A stretch of 64,000 nucleotides of DNA from Obrimoposthia wandeli (lineage: Eukaryota): positions 3,410,001 through 3,474,000 of the forward strand of contig CDROCS010000506.1 of the NCBI GenBank assembly GCA_977020255.1, read 5' to 3'. How positions within the stretch are numbered: the first letter of the stretch is position 1; every line of letters begins with the position of its first letter. Below are positions 57,752 through 64,000 of the stretch, one piece after another. The translations under genes were made by a program, and so were the position numbers. Under the pieces are notes generated by a model. The model did not search any database. It was given only the letters and a program-made list of their open reading frames with translations, and had not been told where the DNA came from.

Positions 57752-58888
57752 TTATTTAGCTAATAGCTTAATCAGTGTTTGCTCGTAGATGTCAGCTAAT
57801 TGCTCAATGTCCGAGATCTTCACACACTCATTCACTTTATGAATAGTCGCGTTAACCGGTCCTAATTCTACTACCTGTGCGCCAGTCGGTGCGATGAAAC
57901 GCCCATCTGAAGTACCGCCAGATGTAGACAATTCCGTTGTATAACCACACACGCTCTCAATTGAATCGCTGATCGCGTTTAACAAATTGCCTGGTTCAGT
58001 TAAGAAAGGTTGGCCACTGTGGATCCAGCTGATCTCGTAGTTTAAGCCGTGCTTTTCAAAGATGCCTTCAATACGGTATTTGATTAAATCCGCTGTTAGC
58101 TCTGTTGAATAACGTAGGTTGAACTGACACGTTGCTTCGCCTGGTACGATGTTGCTTGCACCTGCGCCACTGCGAATATCGGTGATTTGTAATGTTGTTG
58201 CAGGGAAGTAGTCATTACCTTGATCCCATACCACTTGGCTAAGTTCAGACAAGGCTGGTGCTAGCTTGTGAATCGGGTTTTCTGCAAGGTGTGGATAAGC
58301 CACGTGACCTTGAATACCTTTAACCACGATATCGCCAGTTAATGAACCACGACGACCGTTTTTAACGATGTCACCGACTTTGTTGGTGCTTGATGGTTCG
58401 CCAACAATACACCAATCGATTTTTTCGTTACGGGCTTCAAGTGTATCAATTACACGCGTTGTGCCATTGATAAACGGGCCTTCTTCATCACTGGTGATCA
58501 ATAACGCAACCGAACCTTGGTGGTCAGGATGGGCTTTCACGAAGTTTTCTACTGCCACTAAGAAAGACGCAATAGAGCCTTTCATGTCTGCAGCGCCACG
58601 GCCGTGTAAGTAACCATCGATAATGGTTGGTACAAATGGGTCTGTGTCCCAATCTTCGATTTTACCTACAGGCACTACGTCTGTATGTCCGGCGAAGCAG
58701 AATACTGGTGCAGTGGTGCCACGACGAGCCCAAAGGTTAGTTGTGTCTTCAAATACCATGGTTTCGATAGTGAAACCCAGTTCTTCAAGACGTTTGATCA
58801 TCATTTGCTGACAACCAGCATCTTCGGGTGTCACTGATTCACGGCTAAGTAGATCTTTGGCAAGTTGTAGTACTAAACTATCTGACAT
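57752..58888 (-). CDS. dapE: Succinyl-diaminopimelate desuccinylase
   Basis: [44 protein letters not shown] and ATIHKVNE. Confidence 0.96.
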   Translation of the reverse strand: MSDSLVLQLAKDLLSRESVTPEDAGCQQMMIKRLEELGFTIETMVFEDTTNLWARRGTTAPVFCFAGHTDVVPVGKIEDWDTDPFVPTIIDGYLHGRGAADMKGSIASFLVAVENFVKAHPDHQGSVALLITSDEEGPFINGTTRVIDTLEARNEKIDWCIVGEPSSTNKVGDIVKNGRRGSLTGDIVVKGIQGHVAYPHLAENPIHKLAPALSELSQVVWDQGNDYFPATTLQITDIRSGAGASNIVPGEATCQFNLRYSTELTADLIKYRIEGIFEKHGLNYEISWIHSGQPFLTEPGNLLNAISDSIESVCGYTTELSTSGGTSDGRFIAPTGAQVVELGPVNATIHKVNECVKISDIEQLADIYEQTLIKLLAK

Positions 58889-59020
58889 GAGTAATTCCTT
58901 TTTACAGCATTTTTTACAAGATATTGTTAGCACTGACTTAAGCGGTAAGCCAATGCTTTAAGTATTTGGTGTTATTGAACGCTTACTTTTAGCTATTCTA
59001 TTAGCTCTTATTTGGACTCT

Positions 59021-59371
59021 TTACTTTGAGAAGAGTGCCGCATAAGTGTCGGCTTTAAAGCCTAATGTAAGCTGTCCATCTACATCGAGAATTGGACGTT
59101 TGATCATCGCTGGCTGTTCAATTAACAATTCAATGGCAGTGGCTTCTGTCAGCCCTGCTTTTTGCTCATCGCTTAATTGACGATACGTGGTGCCACGTTT
59201 ATTCAACACTTGTTCCCAGCCTAGTGTTTCACACCAAGTGATCAGTTGTGCTTTATCTAAGCCATTAACGCGGTGATCGTGAAATGTGAATTCAAGTTCG
59301 TTTGCTTCTAACCATTTTTTCGCTTTTTTAATGGTGTCGCAATTTTTAATGCCATACATCACAGTCGTCAT
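59021..59371 (-). CDS. ArsC/Spx/MgsR family protein (YffB-like)
   Basis: YGIKNCDTIKKAKKWL, NKRGTTYR and MIKRPI; upstream of dapE as in enterobacteria. Confidence 0.88.
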   Translation of the reverse strand: MTTVMYGIKNCDTIKKAKKWLEANELEFTFHDHRVNGLDKAQLITWCETLGWEQVLNKRGTTYRQLSDEQKAGLTEATAIELLIEQPAMIKRPILDVDGQLTLGFKADTYAALFSK

Positions 59372-59603
59372 GTTAATTCCTATTTGCTTTGATTTGTGCT
59401 TTAAATATTCAGACTCCCAGTATAAATAACTGGCTGATAATTGGTAGTGTTAGTGATGGTAACAGTGCTGATTATCAGAGATTGTGTTGGATCTATCTAC
59501 TGTAGATTTGTTATGTCTGTTATTTGCGAGCTAGCTCCTTTCCAATCGCCGTTGTATTTCTTACCCTGTCAGTCATATTTATACAACACAGGACGTGGAA
59601 TTT

Positions 59604-60953
59604 ATGCCGCAACAATCAGTTATTCAAGTCGCGCTTATTGAAGACGACGAGATTGTGCGCTTGGCGATTAGCCAGCGACTCCAGCTAGCGGGTTATGATG
59701 TTATCGAATGTGCAGATGGTGATTCGGCATTAAGCAGTATTCCAGCTGCCTTTCCCGGCATTGTTATTTCTGATGTACGCTTACCTGATATCTCAGGTTT
59801 AGCGCTGTTACCACTGCTATTAGCTAACAACCCTGAAATGCCGATTATTCTGATGACAGGCCATGGTGATATTAATATGGCCGTTAATGCATTGCGAGAC
59901 GGTGCGTTTGATTTCTTAGAGAAACCTTTTGATCCCGATAAATTAATTGAAACCGTCGGCTGTGCCATTGAAAAAAGGCAGTTACAACTCGGTGCCAATA
60001 AGCGCGAGGAATATTTACAGCAGGCGCAAGGTTTAGACCAAATCCTGATTGGTTCGAGTCCTGGTATGGTTGAGTTACGTCAACAGCTAGTTAAAATCGC
60101 CAATATCGACACCAACGTCATTATCTATGGTGATACCGGTTGTGGTAAAGAGTTGGTCGCTGATTGCTTACATAAAGTAAGTACGCGCTCAAAAGGTAAT
60201 TTTGTGGCGTTAAATTGCGCCGCTATTCCAGAAGCGCTATTTGAAAGTGAGCTATTCGGTCATGAAGCAGGGGCTTTTACTGGGGCAATTAAGAAACGTA
60301 TTGGTAAATTAGAATATGCTGATACAGGCACGTTGTTTTTAGATGAAATCGAAAGTATGCCGCTTAATATGCAGATCAAGATGCTGCGTATTTTACAAGA
60401 GAAGTTAATTGAGCGTGTGGGTGGTAACAAGTCGATTGCGATTGATGTACGGGTTATTGCTGCAGCGAAAGAAAGTTTGAAAGATAATGACGCATTTCGC
60501 CAAGATTTATTCTACCGTTTGAACGTTGCGCAATTATATTTACCGCCGCTGCGTGAACGTGGCGAGGATATTTTATTATTATTTGAGCACTATGTTAATT
60601 TGGCTAACAGGCATGCCAAGCCATTATCGGGTATGGATGAAAAAACGCTATTGGCGTACGGCTGGCCAGGTAATGTGCGTGAGTTAATTAATGTGGCGAC
60701 GCGTTTTGCTCTCGATGCGGTGTTAACTGTTGCTGATATTTTGGTGACTAAGCCGATAGCCTGTGTTGATACCAGCTCTAGTGAACTGTCACTGGCGATG
60801 CAAACGCAAAACTTTGAGAGAAAGGTCATTGATGAAGCCTTACGAACTCATAAAGGCAGCATTATTGAAGTCATGGATATGCTTGATTTGCCACGTCGAA
60901 CGTTGAATCAGAAAATGCAAAAATATGAGCTGCAGCGGGCAGACTATATTTAA
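59604..60953 (+). CDS. Sigma54-dependent response regulator (DctD-like)
   Basis: Receiver domain (EDD, DVRLP, KP), GDTGCGKE, ESELFGHEAGAFTGA, FLDEIES, WPGNVREL and C-terminal HTH. Confidence 0.92.
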   Translation: MPQQSVIQVALIEDDEIVRLAISQRLQLAGYDVIECADGDSALSSIPAAFPGIVISDVRLPDISGLALLPLLLANNPEMPIILMTGHGDINMAVNALRDGAFDFLEKPFDPDKLIETVGCAIEKRQLQLGANKREEYLQQAQGLDQILIGSSPGMVELRQQLVKIANIDTNVIIYGDTGCGKELVADCLHKVSTRSKGNFVALNCAAIPEALFESELFGHEAGAFTGAIKKRIGKLEYADTGTLFLDEIESMPLNMQIKMLRILQEKLIERVGGNKSIAIDVRVIAAAKESLKDNDAFRQDLFYRLNVAQLYLPPLRERGEDILLLFEHYVNLANRHAKPLSGMDEKTLLAYGWPGNVRELINVATRFALDAVLTVADILVTKPIACVDTSSSELSLAMQTQNFERKVIDEALRTHKGSIIEVMDMLDLPRRTLNQKMQKYELQRADYI

Positions 60954-61161
60954 CTGCATTATTCACTTAGGTGGCAAGATCTTGCTTATTGCCACTTATT
61001 TATTCTACCGATCCACTTCTCCACGATTATCCACACTCGTTTTAAATTACCCCCTTAAGTATAATTTTTGATCTTTTTAGATGATATTCCAGCTGCGTAT
61101 TACAAATCAATTATGTTTTAATATTGTTAATGTGATGTTTATCTCCTTAATGCGTGGATGG

Positions 61162-61206
61162 GCTATTTCTTGCTTATCAAAATCCTGCTTATCGGCATGA
61201 TCTTGC
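61162..61206. promoter_or_regulatory. Candidate upstream activator sites for the DctD-like protein
   Basis: GCTATTTCTTGC (61162) and GCATGATCTTGC (61195) resemble the perfect palindrome GCAAGATCTTGC at 60974-60985. Confidence 0.4.
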
Positions 61207-61259
61207 TTACTTATTGTTGTTAATTATTTTAAGGTTATATTTAACAATGAGTTAACTTG

Positions 61260-61275
61260 TGGCACTCTTGTTGCA
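61260..61275 (+). promoter_or_regulatory. Sigma54 (-24/-12) promoter
   Basis: TGGCAC-TCTTG-TTGCA is an exact TGGCAC-N5-TTGCW match. Confidence 0.85.
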
Positions 61276-61393
61276 ACCTGTCATGTATAACGGACGAAAT
61301 AATATTGTCTTGCACTCATCAATACTCAGTAACAGACAATGTAATTAATAGTAAGAACACTCTTTACGTTAACAATAAAAACAAGGAAAGATC

Positions 61394-62416
61394 ATGTTTA
61401 AAGGAATGTTAAAAAAATCATTATTGGTATCAAGCGTCATACTTGGTTTAGCTACGACATCTGCAGTTGCTGAAGAGAAACGCAGTTATATTCTTGCAAC
61501 AGCATCGACGGGTGGCACTTATTATCCTGTGGGTGTGGCGCTGGCTACATTAAGTAAAATTAAACTGGAGCCGAAATATAATTTTTCATTGGCAGCGATT
61601 AGCTCTGCTGGCTCGGGTGAAAATATTAAATTACTGAGTGACAATGAAGCGCAATTTGCCATTCTGCAAGGTTTGTACGGTGCATGGGCTTGGCAAGGTG
61701 AAGGACAATTTAAACAAAGTGGTCCACAGAAAGACTTACGTTCGGTGAGTATGTTGTGGCAAAACGTAGAGCATTTCGTGGTGCGTACTTCGTTAGTTGA
61801 AACGGGCACCATGAGTGATTTAAGTAATTTAAAAGGTAAGAAGTTCTCTATTGGTAAGAAGAACTCGGGTACTGAACATTCAGGTCGTCAGATCATGAAA
61901 GGTGTGAACGTTGATCCGAATAGTTTTAACTTGGCTTATTTAGGCTATAGCTCAAGTACTGACGCGATGCAAAATGGCGCAATTGATGGGATGAATATTC
62001 CTGCTGGTATGCCTGTTGGTGCAATCACGCGTGCTTTTGCTGCGATGGGTGATGACATCTCTTTATTACAATTTACCGATGAGCAAATCAAACAAGCAAA
62101 CCGCGAATATCCACTGTGGACTAAATTCACGATTCCAGCCAATACCTACCCAAGCCAAAGCAAAGCGGTGACGACGATTGCGCAGCCTAATTTCTTAGCG
62201 GTACGTGATGATGTGTCTGAAGAAGATGTTTATCTATTAACGAAAAATATCTATGAAAACCTACCGTTCTTAAACAGTATTCATAAAGCCACGAAAGCAA
62301 TGGCGGTAGAAAAATCAATTAAAGGTCTGCCAGTACCATTACACCCAGGTGCTGTACGTTATTACCAAGAGATTGGCTTAACAATCCCTGCCGAGCTATT
62401 ACCAACTGCACTGTAA
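61394..62416 (+). CDS. TAXI-family TRAP transporter solute-binding protein
   Basis: LATASTGGTYYPVG, SAGSGENI, SIGKKNSGT and PLHPGAVRYY; signal peptide. Confidence 0.92.
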   Translation: MFKGMLKKSLLVSSVILGLATTSAVAEEKRSYILATASTGGTYYPVGVALATLSKIKLEPKYNFSLAAISSAGSGENIKLLSDNEAQFAILQGLYGAWAWQGEGQFKQSGPQKDLRSVSMLWQNVEHFVVRTSLVETGTMSDLSNLKGKKFSIGKKNSGTEHSGRQIMKGVNVDPNSFNLAYLGYSSSTDAMQNGAIDGMNIPAGMPVGAITRAFAAMGDDISLLQFTDEQIKQANREYPLWTKFTIPANTYPSQSKAVTTIAQPNFLAVRDDVSEEDVYLLTKNIYENLPFLNSIHKATKAMAVEKSIKGLPVPLHPGAVRYYQEIGLTIPAELLPTAL

Positions 62417-62482
62417 CAGACGACGTTAAGTATTAATAAGAAGGACTGCTGCCACGAGGTAGCAGTCAAAAAGGAATTTGTT

Positions 62483-64000
62483 ATGGACAAGCAAGTCGAA
62501 GAAAAGTTAGAACAATTTGAATCTGCCACACGTACTGATTTCCCCTGGGTAACTGCGTTTATTTCTGCCTGCGGTGTGGTGTTATCTTTATTACATATCT
62601 GGTTTAACACGTTTGCCACCATCCCTGAATTATGGGCTTCTGCTACTCACTTTGCTGGGTTTTCTGTTATTTGTGCGCTGTGGTATCCGGCGCATCGAAG
62701 TCTAAAAAGCAGTAAGTTAGCACTCGGTGTTGATATTGTAATCGCCCTCGCGGCACTTGCTTGTTTAGCGTATATCCCTTTTGCTGAAGATGCCTTGTAT
62801 GAACGTGGCGTGCGCTTTGTTACCAGTGATTGGGTGTTTTCGATTATGGCGATCATCATTGTATTAGAATTGATCCGCCGTACGATTGGCTGGTTTATTC
62901 CTGTGTTAATTGTGATCTCATTAACGTATGTGGTGTGGTGGGGTCAGTTAGTACCCGGTATGTTCCATTTCCCAGGGTTAAGTTTAGAAACATTATTGTA
63001 TCGTAGTTTTTATAGCTCAGAAGGTATGTTTGGCGCCATCTCACGTATCAGCTGGAGCTTTGTGTTCATGTTTATTCTGTTTGGTGCTTTTCTGGTGCGA
63101 TCAGGGGTTGGTGATTACATCATTAACCTATCACGCGCGGCGGCAAACAAAGTCATTGGCGGGCCTGGCTTTATTGCGGTGCTAGCATCAGGTTTGATGG
63201 GCTCTGTATCAGGTTCGAGTGTGGCTAACACTGTATCGACAGGCGTTATTACCATTCCTCTTATGCGTAAAGCGGGTTTCCCTGCACGTTTTGCAGCAGG
63301 TGTTGAAGCGGCTGCATCAACGGGTGGGCAAATCATGCCACCTGTGATGGGCGCGGGCGCATTCATTATGGCTTCTTATACACAGGTGCCTTATGTGAGT
63401 ATTATCGCGGTATCCGTTGTACCTGCGTTGATTTATTTTTTGTCGGTGGCATTTTTCGTTCGTATCGAGGCCAAGCGCAGTAACATCCAACAAGTTAACG
63501 CGTCTGACGATTCCTTCTCAAAAGTGTTTCTAGCGGGTTGGTATAATTTAATTCCACTCGGGGTATTAGTATTCTTATTAGTCTCTGGGTTTACGCCGAC
63601 CTATTCAGCCGGCCTATCGATTATTTCAGTCGTTGTCGCATCTTGGTTATCACCCAACAAAATGGGCATCAGAGCGGTATTTGAAGCACTAGAGCAAGGT
63701 GCTAAAAATATGGCGACAACCGCGGTACTGCTGGTTGGTATTGGTCTGGTTGTTAATGTGATTAGTACCACGGGCGTGGGTAATACCTTTTCGTTAATGA
63801 TCAATGAATGGGCTGATGGTAGCTTGATGTTGATGTTAGTCTTGATCGCTCTGGCTTCATTAATCCTTGGCATGGGCTTACCCGTGACGGCGGCTTATAT
63901 TGTTTTAGGCACACTTTCAGCACCAGCGTTATATACATTACTCGCCGAGGCCCAGTTGGTGCAAATGCTAATGGATGGTCTGTTACCAGCGCAAGCACAC
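62483..64000 (+). CDS. TRAP transporter fused 4TM/12TM permease (3'-truncated by the window edge)
   Basis: Manual ATG at 62483. Frame reads FMFILFGAFL, GSVSGSSVANTVSTG, EAAASTGGQIMPPVMGAGAF and LGMGLPVTAAY. Confidence 0.9.
   Translation, partial: MDKQVEEKLEQFESATRTDFPWVTAFISACGVVLSLLHIWFNTFATIPELWASATHFAGFSVICALWYPAHRSLKSSKLALGVDIVIALAALACLAYIPFAEDALYERGVRFVTSDWVFSIMAIIIVLELIRRTIGWFIPVLIVISLTYVVWWGQLVPGMFHFPGLSLETLLYRSFYSSEGMFGAISRISWSFVFMFILFGAFLVRSGVGDYIINLSRAAANKVIGGPGFIAVLASGLMGSVSGSSVANTVSTGVITIPLMRKAGFPARFAAGVEAAASTGGQIMPPVMGAGAFIMASYTQVPYVSIIAVSVVPALIYFLSVAFFVRIEAKRSNIQQVNASDDSFSKVFLAGWYNLIPLGVLVFLLVSGFTPTYSAGLSIISVVVASWLSPNKMGIRAVFEALEQGAKNMATTAVLLVGIGLVVNVISTTGVGNTFSLMINEWADGSLMLMLVLIALASLILGMGLPVTAAYIVLGTLSAPALYTLLAEAQLVQMLMDGLLPAQAH

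Noticed and set aside
59400-59600. Remnant of a dctB sensor kinase upstream of dctD
   Set aside because: No kinase motifs in any frame that I could read.
529-63998. Numerous 60-130 aa ORFs in the track overlapping longer genes on the opposite strand or in another frame
   Set aside because: They are shadow ORFs of well-supported genes, with no RBS or family motifs.
1-64000. tRNA, rRNA, IS transposase or phage genes
   Set aside because: No cloverleaf or rRNA signature, DDE/HUH transposase, integrase or phage structural motif was recognised.

Overview
64 kb of a moderately AT-rich marine gammaproteobacterial chromosome; gene content and codon style suggest a Moritella/Vibrionales-like host (inference). 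The housekeeping scaffold comprises a fused NAD(P)-linked formate dehydrogenase, sulP-usp, lpxL, a DsbB-like gene, sgrR, an M16 peptidase, a GH20 hexosaminidase, guaC, dapE and a sigma54-driven TAXI-TRAP transporter. Four things stand out. (1) A 12.4-kb thiol module (32802-45308): rhodanese, PatB C-S lyase, SigZ-type ECF sigma, TcyP cystine importer, CoA-disulfide-reductase-like flavoprotein, GshA coupled to a heterodimeric ABC exporter, and a eukaryote-type glutathione synthetase. All five of its transcription units carry the same ECF-like promoter motif, TGCRTCTTT-N12/13-CGTC, which suggests a self-contained sigma regulon. (2) A Tn6677-like Tn7-family left end at 46721, at a junction equivalent to 15 bp past the guaC stop. 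It is followed by AT-rich cargo (a three-gene membrane/nuclease-like module and a NERD-helicase) but no transposase or cas genes. (3) Three copies of a hairpin repeat (32718, 46629, 51730) that divide this guaC-downstream region into apparent accretion blocks. (4) A solitary integron gene cassette with a Vibrio-type attC (25548-26642) and no integrase. No rRNA, tRNA or CRISPR array was recognised. All assignments are from visual motif recognition; no searches were run.
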